This document shows, piece after piece, positions 22,631 to 34,600 of a stretch of DNA of 64,000 nucleotides. Source of the DNA: Entomortierella parvispora E1425 (lineage: Eukaryota > Fungi > Mortierellomycota); contig BQFW01000001.1 of NCBI GenBank assembly GCA_020891255.1, forward strand, positions 1 to 64,000, read 5' to 3'. Under the pieces are notes generated by a model. The model saw only the letters and a list, made by a program, of their open reading frames with translations, searched no databases and was not told the origin of the DNA. Numbering within the stretch: position 1 is the stretch's first letter; each line of letters starts with the position of its first letter. A program made the position numbers and the translations under genes.

Positions 22631-25600
22631 GAACGAGATGAATTCAAGAGACGAGACTGAGACGAGAGAGAGATGGAGGTGACTGGATGGATGCAAGAGA
22701 CGAAAGGGATGCAAGAGACGAGAGGAATGCAAGAGAAGAGAGGGATGCAAGAGACGAGATGAGTTGGAATGAGTTGAAAGATGGAGGGAGACAGACTGGC
22801 AACGCGCGTTTTTCCCCCTGGACTCTTTTTTTTTTTTTTTTTTTTTAGCCAAAACGAGGCTGTACTCGCCTCATCCAAAAGAACAGTGGTCTCGGGATGG
22901 AAGAGAGGGACGAGCAAGAGACAAGAGGGAAGGGAAGAGACGCACGAAAGGGATCAATATGGGAGTCTGGGCCTTTCCGTCAGGAGACAGCGGATCCGAC
23001 AACAGAGACAAACAAGAAGACAGGCGATCAGGAACTTTCATCCCAAGATTTCATATCATACGCCCCCCTGTGGGGTTAAGAGAAAAGAAGACATCAGCGA
23101 AGGAAAAGAAGAGAAGAAATGAACAAGGAAGAAAACAGAAGAGCAAGAAAGAACAAAAGAGAGGGAAGAGTGGGAAGAGAGGGAAGAGAGGAGCTGAACA
23201 AGACAGAAGAATAGACCAACAAGAGAGAAGGGAGGAAGTTTCGAGAAGAGAGACAACCAAGAAAAGAGACGAACAAGAGGAAAAAGAAGGGACGATCATC
23301 AAGAGGTAAGAAAGGAGAAAGACCGATCAGTCCAGGCGAAAAACAGGGAGCAGGGTCCTTGTTTTTTTTTTTTTTTTTTTTTTGCAAGCAGCTGTAAACT
23401 GCCAAGAATGACTCCTCCTGATGGACATGTCCACCCTGATGCGGAGAGAGTTGCCACAGTCGGAAACGCAGCATCTTCCAGGTCTCTTCGTTTGTTGCGC
23501 CGCAGGGAAAAGGCTGGATCAACGCGTCAGAACATGAGGATAGGGGTCGACGTGATTTTTTTTTTGGAAGTCTCCTCTGCTGCAAGAGCTCAAGGGCATT
23601 TGTTTCCAGCAAGTCAAGGTAGAGTTAGCACCCGTCAGTCCGGCCCCGAGCGAATGTTGTAAACGGAAGAGAAAGGAGGGATGGAAGAGACAAGAGATAT
23701 GGAGCAGACGAGATGACAAGCCCAAGGCGGCTGGAAACAAAGAGAGATGGAGGGAAGTGGAGGGAAGTGGAGAGAAAAGAGACTAGCTCCATCCCAACCG
23801 CAACAAACAACAACGCACGTTTCTCTCCCTCGACAATGGTCTTTGTATGGCAGTCGAGAGGCGAAGGGAATAGAAGACAGGGACAAGAGGGAGAGAAGAT
23901 AGGGACAAGAGGGAAGAGAAGAAAAGAGAGGCATACGAGGGAAAAGAAGAGACGAAGAAAAGAGAAGAGAAGAGACGATCTAGAGAGAAAGGAAGAGAAA
24001 AGAGGGGCAAGAGGGGGGAGAGGAGCATGAGGGAAGGACGTGAAAGAGAATGCCAAAAAACACGGCTGCAGGGTGCCTTTTTTTAGTTTTTTTTTTTTTT
24101 TGGTGCCAGCAGCAAAGTGTGCCTCCACTCGCCCCATCCAAAAGAACAAGAGTCTTGGGAGGAAAGAGAAGGAATAGCGAGAAGGAGTGCAAGAAAGAAG
24201 AGCGAGGAGAAAAAGAGGAGACAACAAGAGGGAAGAGAGAAATGGAAGAGGACAGGAGGAAAGAGAAGAGACGGTCAAGAGGGCGGAGAAGAGGAGGGAC
24301 AAGAGGCAAGGGACAAGAGGGAGGAAAAGAGAGGGACGATCAAGAGAGAAGAGACGACCAAGAGGGAAGAGACGGACAAGAGAGAAGACAAGAGGGAGAA
24401 AAGAAGAAAGAAGGGTCGAAGGCCTGGTCGTCCAGAGCCAACAGCGGATTCGAGGAACGATCGATCACTGCGTGCAGGGACTCCTCGCCCATGCGGGGTA
24501 AATAAAACACGATTTTTTTTTGCCCCAATGGCCACAACGCACTCATCCCAAGATTTCAGCAGCAAGGACTTCAGATCTTTCCTCCCTTGGTGGTCATGCA
24601 CAACCTATGGGTGATGCAGACAGGGTTGTCATAGAGAAGGGTGAGAAGGACAAAAGGGGAGAGATCAAACAGACAAGTGCAAGAGAGAAGACAACAGAGA
24701 AGGAAGAAAAGAAACGATCAAGACTGACGGTCAAGAGGAAAGAGAAGAAAGGAAAGAGGGGAGGGAAATGAAGAGAGGAACAGTTGAATAGACCACAACA
24801 GGGGGAGACCAGACAAGTTCAAGAGAAAAGAAAACATCAGCGAGGGAAAAAAAGAGAAAGACTAATGAGCAAGAAAGAAGAGAAGAGAGGGAGAGAAAAA
24901 AGGAAGAGAGAAAAAAGGAGACGAGCAAGAGGGAAGAGAGGGAGTTCGGAAAGAGAAAAAACCTAGAGAGAAAAGAGGAGATCACAAAGAGGAAAGAGAA
25001 GAAAAGAGGCGATCATCAGGAGGAAGAGAAGAGAGAGAAAGAACGATCAGTCCATGCTACAACAAAAAACAGGGGTAGGGTCCTTTCTTTTTCGCCTGCA
25101 GCTGTAAAGTGTTCCTCCACTCTGATACGGAGAGAGTTGCCACAGTCGGCAGCGCAACATCTTCCAGTTCTCCTCGTGTTGCGCCGCAGGGAGTGACTGG
25201 ATCAACGTCGCTTGCGGTGTCTCTTCATCTCACGACACGCCCAACTAGTTGCTTGGTTTGAACCCTTGGGCATGTCGTTCGGGACCTCGTCTTTCCAAGC
25301 GCGAGGCATCCCTTCGGAAATAAACTGCCTCACCGTGCGACTCTACACGTCATTGGCAGGATGCTTTGTCAGTGAATCCAAGCGGGCAGCTCTTGCAAAA
25401 ACAAGTCGTCTAGCTGGAGGAAACAAGTTTTTCATTTGACTGTCCAGTAAGTCCGACAAGCTAGGTTCAGGTCCGTGTGAGTCCATTTGACCCAAAAGTG
25501 CTCCAACAGATCCTCGGCTCCAATTGATCTCAAAATTCTTCTGTTTTCTGCTCCCCTGTGAACCTTGGATCCATCTGTCTGTGATCCAATAAAAGGGCAT

Positions 25601-25662
25601 GAAAATACATCTTTTCTTCTCTTTTTTTTCCCAACTTCAATCCAACACTCCCTCTGAACATA

Positions 25663-26783
25663 ATGCCTCCTAACGACAATCTCCCACGCGTTGTCCTCGG
25701 CACCATGACGTTTGGTGCTGAGGTCAAGCACGATCTCTCTGTCACCCGCGTCGGTGGCGCCGAGAATGTCGAACCTTTCCTTCAGCTCTTTCACTCCCAC
25801 GGCCACGTAGAGATCGATACAGCTCGTGTCTACGGTAGTGGCTCGACTGAAAAGGTCCTCGGTGAACTACCCACAGCTCACCTTAAGATCTCGACAAAGG
25901 CATGGCCATTCGAAGGCGGCTCCTTCAACAAGGAGAACTTGGCTGCACAGCTTCGTCAGTCGCTCAAGACTCTGAACGCCACCAAAGTTGACATCTTTTA
26001 CCTCCATGCACCTGAGTCTTCAACCCCTCTGGATGTCACAGCCAAGGCGATTAATGATTTGTACAAGGAGGGACTGTTTGAACGCTTTGGGTTGTCCAAC
26101 TTCTTTTCTTGGCAAGTTGCTTCTATGTACGAGATTTGCAAACAGAACGACTATGTGCTCCCTACGGTCTGTCAAGCCATGTACAACCCCGTCTCCCGAT
26201 CCGTTGTGACAGAGCTGTTGCCGTGCTTGAAGCAGTTCAACATTTCGTTCTACGCCTACCACCCCGTTGCTGGTGGCCTTTTGACGGGCAAGTACAAGTT
26301 TGACAAGGGGGTCACCGAAGAAGGCCAACGTTTTGATCCCAAGGTAAAAAAAAAAAAAAAAAAAAAATCTACTGCTGCCCTTGCAAGCGACTAACTTTTC
26401 TATTCTTTCGGTCATTGCTGGTGTAGACCGGATCAGGAAAGCACTTCAGGGATCGTTTCTGGAATCAATTGACCTTCGACGGTCTCGATATCTTGGAGAA
26501 GGCAGCTGCCAAGAAGCAAATTACGTTGCTTGAGGCGACTCTGCGATGGATGAGACATCATGGAGGACTGGATGCCAAGGATGGCATCATTATCGGGGCT
26601 TCCTCGTTGAAAAATCTTGAGGAAAACCTGAACGATTTGGACAAGGGGCCATTGGATCAGTCTATGGTGGAGGCGTTTGATGAAGCGTGGGAGAAGATCA
26701 AGCCAGTTAGCCAGTACTATGCAAAGCACCAGACTCTGAAGTTTCCCCCCCATGTGGTCAAGTTGTTCATGGGGCAGATGTAG
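25663..26783 (+). CDS. Aldo-keto reductase, AKR7/aflatoxin B1 aldehyde reductase-like
   Basis: Exons 25663-26343 and 26427-26783. Motifs LGTMTFG, EIDTARVYG, KISTKAWP, VDIFYLHAP, FGLSNF, CQAMYN, YHPVAGGLLTGKY and IIIGASS. Confidence 0.92.
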
Positions 26784-26934
26784 AGCGTTTAAAATAACCA
26801 AAGAGAGTATAGAGTCCACATATATTGTTGCCTTCTCAGTGTTGCCTTCTCAGGCTCGTTGTTCCATTGCAACTTCCCCAAGGTCCGAGGTGGGGAGGTG
26901 TATGTAGGGGCGAGCGTATACCCTTAAGATATCC

Positions 26935-26955
26935 GTCACATGAGTGGCACGTGAC
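26935..26955. promoter_or_regulatory. Paired RTCACRTG (bHLH/CDEI-type) sites upstream of SLU7
   Basis: gtcacatg (26935-26942) and cacgtgac (26948-26955, reverse complement gtcacgtg), ~100 bp upstream of the ATG. Confidence 0.35.
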
Positions 26956-27049
26956 TCAAAATAAAAGAAGACAAAAATGCAAAAATGTGCATGTCCATCT
27001 CTGCATCGCATCGCCCCCCAACTTAACAACCAAAACCTCTCAACCAACC

Positions 27050-28676
27050 ATGAGTATGTAGGATGTCGACGCTTGAGCGCAACAAAATATTGGACCATTT
27101 TCTCACCATTATAATCTGTTGCAATAGGTACCAAACTCAGTCGAGAAGAGTATAGAAAGCAGAAGGATCTTGAGGCTGCACGAAAGGCTGGAACAGCTCC
27201 TGCTGCCCGAGACGAGGAAGGACGAGAGATCAACCCACATATTCCACAGTATATCTCAGAGGCGCCATGTATGTTCCAATGCCGTTGTCATTGTTCATTT
27301 CTCACTGCTTGATACGAGGCGAAAACATTTACTGACATCGATCTGTTGTAGGGTACATCAACGACGGACATGCGTCCTTGAAACATCAGAGAGCGCCTGA
27401 TCTGGATCGCTTCACGGACGACTGGTATCAAAGAGGTCAGAGGGCTGTAAGTTACTTGTAATATCCAAGATCCATCTTTTTTTCACAATGATTTTGTTGC
27501 TCATCGTATTGTTTCTCAATAATCTATATAGGGTCCAGCAGCAACTAAATATAGGAAAGGTGCCTGTGAAAATTGTGGAGCCATGACACACAAGACCAAG
27601 GACTGCGTTGAGAGACCCCGGAAAAAGGGTGCAAAGTGGACAGGAAAAAATATCAAAGAGGATGAAGTGATCCAAAAGGTTGCCATGAGCTTTGACGCCA
27701 AGAGAGATCGCTGGAATGGTTATGACACTGCCGAGCACGCCAAGATTTACGAGGAATATGAACTTATTGAAGACGCAAGGAGGAAACTCAAGGAGAGTGA
27801 ACTGGATAAACAGGACGACCAAGCATCAGCCATGGCCACCAAGATTGAAAACAATGCCAACGAGTTCGGGGACAGCGATGATGATGACGATGATGAAGAG
27901 AAATATGCCGACAAGTTTGACATGCCAGGACAGAAGGTCAATGCCAAGACGAGAACGACAATTCGAAATCTGAGGTATGACTCTATACTTGCTAGACTAT
28001 GAAGACAGAGATCATGTATTAACGTCACTCTTTTTTTTTTTATCTTGGGTTTAGAATTCGTGAGGACCGTGCCAAATATCTGTACAACTTGGACCCCAAC
28101 TCTGCCCATTACGATCCCAAGACTCGTTCGATGCGTGAGAACCCTCTCAAGGACCAGGATCCTCACAGTCTCACCTATGCTGGCGACAACTTTCAGCGGT
28201 ATTCCGAAAGTACGACAGATATGGCAAACGTACAATTATTTGCATGGCAGGCGGCTGAAAAGGGTTCAGATGTCCACCTTCAAGCCAACCCGACACAGGC
28301 TGAGATGCTGCACAAGAAGTTCAAGGAGAAGAAGGCTGAACAACAGGATACAAACAAGGAAAGCATTCTGGCGAAATATGGAGGAGAAGAGCATCTGGAT
28401 GCTCCAGCACGCGAGTTGCTTCTTGCCCAAACTGAGAATTATGTTGAGTATACGCGATCTGGAAAGGTTTTGAAGGGTCAGGAACCAGCCAAAGCAAAAT
28501 CAAAATATCAAGAAGACGTCTTCATCAACAACCATACCAGCGTCTGGGGCTCATTCTGGTCAGATGGCCAGTGGGGATTCAAGTGCTGCCGATCATTCCT
28601 CAAAGGATCATACTGTACAGGTGCAGCAGGCATTGCTGCTCAAGAAGCCAGCGCCAGCCTTCTCTCCAAAGATTGA
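27050..28676 (+). CDS. SLU7: Pre-mRNA splicing factor Slu7
   Basis: Micro first exon ATG A|gtatgt (27050-27053). The spliced product reads [42 protein letters not shown], with zinc knuckle [53 protein letters not shown] and [16 protein letters not shown]. Confidence 0.97.
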
Positions 28677-28966
28677 ACTTCAAAATAAAACACACTGCCT
28701 CCATCACCAAACAAAATCGATTTGACATGCAGATTTATGAATTGGAAGCTCGGAGCACGAAAACTACGGATGCGCTATGCCAGGCCTGCGTTTGATGATT
28801 CACTGGATTGTACAAAGTTGCACGAGGTATGAGGATCAAGCAAACAAACCAGAAGGGCCCGGCGAAGGGACAGGCAAAAATGTAGTGTTGACTGTGGCCA
28901 TGAGGAATTCGACTGTAAAGTTGGTTACGCCAGTTTGTCTTGACACTCTTGAGGACCGTACCGCAA

Positions 28967-29635
28967 TTACTCGTCATCCTCTTCTTCACCACCAGCGTCC
29001 TTGGAGGCAGCAGCGGCAGCACGCTTTCTCTTCACACGGCCGGCGCGTCCACCACCATAGGGGGAGGTAAGAGAGAAATCAATATGCTTCTGGGAATCGA
29101 GACGAACAACGAAAGAAGGAATGTCAACAACCTGCTTGCCGACGCGGATGTGGCGCTGACGGATCAAGACACGGGCGTGGTGGATTGATTTGGCAAGACC
29201 GAGCTTGAAGACCTGAGTCTGAAGACGACGCTCCAAGAAATCCTCGATCTTCAAAGCCAAAACGTAATCCAACTTCATCTTGTCCTCGTCCAAGACACCA
29301 ATGCGGACCAAGCGACGGATCAAGGCGTTACCCTCGAAGAGACGACGGGGATCCTTGTCTTCCAAAGTCAAAAGTTCACGAGCAGCACGACGAATGTTGG
29401 AGAGGGTGAAGCCAATGCGCCAGATCTCACGCTTGTTACGAAGACCATATTCGCCAATGAGCTTTAATTCTTGATCGAGACGGGCAGCCTCAAAGGGGCG
29501 ACGGGGGACCTTGTAAGTCTTTGAGCAGTTCTTGGGAGCTCCTGATGGCACTATTGAAGAAGAATCAGAAACAATTATCAGTACAGGTACCACTCAAGGC
29601 AACATTTGAAAGATATAAGGAAAGATGGACTTACT
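28967..29635 (-). CDS. RPS9: 40S ribosomal protein S9 (uS4)
   Basis: [65 protein letters not shown]. Exon 1 contributes only the A of ATG (29635); intron 29634-29551; exon 2 29550-28967 (194 aa). Confidence 0.98.
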
Positions 29636-29756
29636 TGTGGGTGTAGACGGTGTTGGTGAGTGGAGAAAGAAGATAGTGAAGGCACCAAAGGACGCTTTTA
29701 TTCGATGGCCGCGGTTGTTGATTCTTCTTTGGTCAATTTCCAAATAAAGCAATCAA

Positions 29757-29840
29757 CCCCGGTCATTGACCGGGGGTCACAGAAACAATGAAGTGGCGCA
29801 GTCACGACTCGATACGTACACGCCTGCGGCTGTACGTATC
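29757..29840. promoter_or_regulatory. Bidirectional RP promoter core: Homol D-like CAGTCACG flanked by two perfect inverted repeats
   Basis: ccccggtca-t-tgaccgggg (29757-29775), CAGTCACG (29799-29806) and gatacgtaca-N10-tgtacgtatc (29811-29840), lying between the divergent RPS9 and RPL21 genes. Confidence 0.55.
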
Positions 29841-30237
29841 CTGGATGGATGGATGGATTCAGCACGGATCTGGATTTGCGCCAATCTGGCCCATAAGAAA
29901 GGTGCGGGCGGCCGTCTGTTTTGTTCCTCCTCTCTTTCGTTCTTGACCTCCTTGGGGTAATTGAATCGACTCGGGATCAGACAACATTACGATCATGCAC
30001 GGCGGCGCACAGGATGCTTTGCCTCAGGAGAACCGCCATTCAGGATCCAGGATCAAACGATCATGCCCATCTCTCTTCATTCATCATCCCAGCATCCCAG
30101 CATGAAATTATCATTTCAATTCGCCCATGGGGAGACCATCATCAAATGATTCTGGACCAGAAAAGAAGGCCCAGCGAACTCATGCCCTTTTTTTTCTCTC
30201 TTCTGTTTTCATCGGACTCGTACAGAATTGATTCAAC

Positions 30238-31219
30238 ATGCCTCACTCCTATGGTATCCGCGCTCGCACCCGCCACATGTTCGCCCGTAACTTCAGGGAG
30301 CATGGTATGCCCATCAAGCTTACCACCTACCTGAAGACCTACAAGGTCGGTGACATCGTTGACATCAAGGCCAACGGTGCTATCCACAAGGGTATGCCCC
30401 ACAAGTTCTACCACGGGTACGTCAAACCTTGCTGTTTTTACTATTGCTATATATTTTCTTCGTATGGGACTTTGTCAACCAAAAGCGAGGAGCCTTGTCA
30501 GGAAGCAGGTTCACGGAACGTTCAAGTGTATAAGCCTCTGGGCGACTCAATGGACGGCTTAATGGACATCAGAATTTGATATCGCGTGCATACACTCGAT
30601 GGGAATTGGGATGTGCAACTACGCGCATTCTCCTGGATTATGACAAGGCAGGAGAGGTTCTCGGAGCACTCCCTCGAGCAGGATCTGAATTGCCCGTTAC
30701 TTCAAGAAACGAACTCTGGAATCCAACCATGAACAATACTCACTGTCAGACTATCAGATACAACAGTTTATCGGAATCATGTGGACTCATATATTTGGAT
30801 ATTTTCTCAATGATACAGACGCACCGGTATCATCTACAACGTTACCAAGTCCGCTGTTGGTATCATCATCAACAAGAAGGTCGGCAACCGTTTCCTCGAG
30901 AAGCGCGTCAACATCCGCATTGAGCACATCAAGCACTCCAAGTGCCGTGATGACTTCTTGCGTCGCGTCAAGGAGAACGCTGCCGCCAAGATCCAGGCCA
31001 AGAAGGATGGCGTCAAGCTCAACTTGAAGAGACAGCCTGCTCAGCCCCGTGAGGCTCGCTTCGTCTCCATCAAGCACAACATCCCCACCACTCTCAACCC
31101 CATCCCTTACGACAGTAAGCCTGATTGATATGCTTGTCCTTCATGCAAGACTTTTCCTGTATTTTGAAGAGGCAGGATCACTAACCATTCTTTTTTTTTC
31201 ACTTCTAGCCCTCGTTTAA
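30238..31219 (+). CDS. RPL21: 60S ribosomal protein L21 (eL21)
   Basis: Exons 30238-30416, 30819-31114 and 31209-31219. [86 protein letters not shown]. Confidence 0.98.
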
Positions 31220-31624
31220 AGCGTTTGGTGGATTTATTGAGTGCGGAATCGATGCAAATAAACGAGCAGAAATGTTTCCACAGAAATTGTCATCATTTAT
31301 CATTAGCTGGACTTCAGGACAGTTGAAGGTGGAGACCTTGAGGATATAAAAGTCACTGTCAGGTTTACAATATGTGCTGGTTCTAGAAAATATTTTATCC
31401 TGCTTCCATTCCCAGCTGGCAAGTGAAAAAAGGGGTGTCTGTGAGTTCGCGCTTGCGCATGGACCAAATTGCAGAGAAATCACACCCCTTGAAATTATCT
31501 ACACCTTGACATTCTCGGGGGATGTTGAGTCTTCGTTTCTTTCCTCTTCCCTACACTCTTCCCACCTCCATCTTGTTGAGTTCAACGGGACACGTTTTTC
31601 TACAGTCACTAAGGATTTCACAAC

Positions 31625-34600
31625 ATGAGCACCAAGAGCCATGGATCATCTTCCTCCAAGAAGAGCAAGCAAAAGTCCCGTCAGACTGTGAGTGTAACCC
31701 ACAACAGCACCAGCAGCGTTTTCACTAGTCAAGACCAGGAATCCGGTAGCACCAGTTTTCAAAGCTCCACCTCTTCTTCGAGTCTTCAGCGTCGAAATGG
31801 CAACGCTTCGTCGCCGGGTGCTTTGATTCAAGATGCTCCAGGAAGACTACCAGGGCTAGATGACCTTGATTTTGATGAGGTTGGCCTTCCCAAACCCAAG
31901 CAGCAGGGCAGCACACTGCGACAGTCATCAGAGCAGAACAAACATAAGCAGGTAGATGTGGCCACATCCAGCCTTTGGTCCTGGATCACATCTAGCCGTA
32001 TGGACCCTGAGCAAAACCAGGGATCAATTGGATCTCACAGGTACAAGCATCTGAAGAAGGAAGACGCAACTGTGGCCGAGAAGAAGCTGGCGCACCATTT
32101 CTGGGAAATGGCAAGGTCCTCGAGAATTCCCATCTTGACTCGTCGAGATTGGATAGCACTTTCGACTATCACAGTGTCAGCCATTGCCGTTCGCTTCTGG
32201 AGAATATCGTGGCCCGATGAAGTGGTGTAAGTCTCCTGCACCAGATATCACACCAGCATTGTTGCTTTTTTTTTTTTTCTGTTGCTCAAATTCTGTCTCT
32301 GATCTAGCCTGGACGAGGCACAGGTGGGCAAGACGGTGAACGCTTACTTGAAGGACGAGTTCATGTTCGATGTCCATCCTCCTCTCGGAAAGTTGATCCT
32401 CGCAGGAGTTGCCTCTCTTTCCAACTACAATGGATCCTTTGCCTTTGACGAGATTGGCGAGTAAGTTTCTAGTTTCTTCCCTTGCCCACTTTCTCTCTAT
32501 CCATTGGACCAGTTCAACTCAAACATGGTCTTATTGCTTCCTCTAGTCCGTATGATTCAGGGGTGCCCTTCGTATCAATGAGGATGACAATGGCTCTGAT
32601 GGGAGCTCTATGTGCACCAATGGCTTATATAACGCTCAAGGTGGCGGATCAAGGTGCATCTGCTGCTCTCCTTGCAGCGACTATGGTTGCCTTCGGTAAT
32701 GAAGCCGACGATTGCCTTGAGTTGTCTTTGGTTTCAATTCTTGGTTGACGATCCCTGACACGAGTCACCTTGCATTTTATGACCTCACAGACACCGCCTT
32801 GACTGCCAACAACCGTTTGATTCTCTTGGATGCCCCTCTCATGTTCTTCACAGCTGCCACAGCGCTCTCGTGGAACATGTTCTCGAAGCAATCCTACAGG
32901 TAACGTGTTCTGATTACCAGTCATGTATGATTCGTTGTAAAGAATTGTTGTTGACTTGACGGCACGATTATTCTGCCCAGACCATTCACGGCGACATGGT
33001 GGACTTGGTTGCTGGCAACCGGCGTTGCCATGTCTGCAGCCATGTCAGTCAAGTTGGTGGGAGTTCTCAGTCTTTTCGCAGTTGGTCTCTTTGTCTTGTT
33101 TGATCTACTTACTCTTGCCAGAGATGACTCGGTGAAGGCGGTAAGATTGCAGAGTGGAATATTACTGCCTAGATGCGCTCAAATGACACCTCGATACTTA
33201 CCCTACTGGATTCTACCCCTGTGCCATCCGTTAGAGGCTCTGGGGAAAACATCTCGCTGCACGAATTGGCGCCTTGGTTGTTCTCCCCGCTGTCATATAT
33301 ATGGCAATCTTCCAGGCTCACTTTACTTATCAGACCCAAGAACCTGATTATCGTAACTCTGTTCAAGCGGAGCTCGACCTTGCCTTGTTGACTCCTGACA
33401 TGCGATACGCCCTCAAGGCCAAGTACCTAGAAGACCGCGAAGAGATCTGGCGGGATGTTGTTTATGGATCTGTAGTTCAACTCCAGAGTAGTCAACAGCC
33501 TGAGGTTTACTTGCACTCGTTCTTTCAGATCAAACCGGAGGGAGTACCTCAGCAACAGGTAGCGGGCTACGCCTACCCTGACTTGAACACTCACTGGATT
33601 GTCATCCGTGCAGATTTGGACGAATATGACCCTCAAGAGATCCCGTCTAGGATCCAATACTTGAAAAACGGGGACTACCTCCGGCTCCGCCACGTTCCTA
33701 CACGTCGCTGTCTGCATTCGCACGATTTTAGAGCTTTGACGGATCCCAACAACAAGCAAATGCACGAAGTCACTGCGTATGGTGACCACACATTTGATGG
33801 GGACGTAAACGACTGGTGGATGGTGGAGATTATCGATCCGTCGACAAGGAAGACCATTGAATCTGTGGATGGACAGAATCGACTATCAGTCCGTGCACTC
33901 GAAACTTCGTTCAGGCTGAGGCATATTGAGCTAGGCTGTTATCTGACGGCCAGTGATTCTGTCCTTCCGGAGACATGGGGACAGGGCCGCAATGAGATTA
34001 TTTGTCGATCCGAGGCCAGCATTACCCCGAAGTCTATCTGGCGTATTACAATGAACGACCACGATTATTGTAAGATCTGCAACGCACTGGGGAGAATGCC
34101 TCGATACAACGAGTCGACAGCTGCTGACTTTGCATTCACCACTGTCATTTGAATAGTACCCATGGACACCCCCTTGGCCTCCTTCCCAAAGCCACGATTT
34201 CTGAAGAAATTTTTCGAGGCCCACCAATTGATGTGGTCCCACTCTGGCCTGATCGAAAGAACCTATCAACCCTCGGCCTCCAAGCCCTTGCTGTGGCCAC
34301 TTGCCCAGTCTTTCATTCCAGCCTGGGTTGGGTACCACCGCCAGCTCACCATTGTGCCCAATCCAGTGATTTGGTGGACAAGTCTCTTGGGGCTCATGGC
34401 TTTTATCGGAGCACAGGTCTGGTTCAAGTTGAGAGAGAAGCGTAGCTTTGTTGAAACAGGGCTTGTCCAAGGTACTTTTTGAACAGATGGGCGGGCAAAG
34501 CGAGCGAGATCGGCCAATTGCTAACAGCCCTTTTATGTCCCATCTACTTTATAGATTTCAAGGTCTTCCATGTCGGTCCAGCCGGCGTCTACTTTACCTC

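Larger units (their letters stand above)
11090..25200 (-). repeat. Dispersed modular repeat family B (decayed gene-like unit), ~8-10 copies interleaved with the CRN genes
   Basis: The block (T)n-g..gccagcagc..ggatgcagacagggttg recurs at ~11490, 12150, 13750, 19324, 19888, 23384, 24522 and 25093, with partial copies at 22847 and 24102. The 'cactcgccccatcc..aagaaca(g/a)tggtct' block is at ~11129, 18988, 22866 and 24127, and 'acatcagcga(a/g)ggaaaa' at ~11850, 23090 and 24833. A/G-rich tracts separate the blocks. Confidence 0.8.

Noticed and set aside
11480-25100. A-tracts after 'gctgctggcacc' as retroposon poly(A) tails (SINE 3' ends)
   Set aside because: The sequence beyond the A-tract is also conserved among copies, so the tract is internal to the unit. 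No TSDs were seen.
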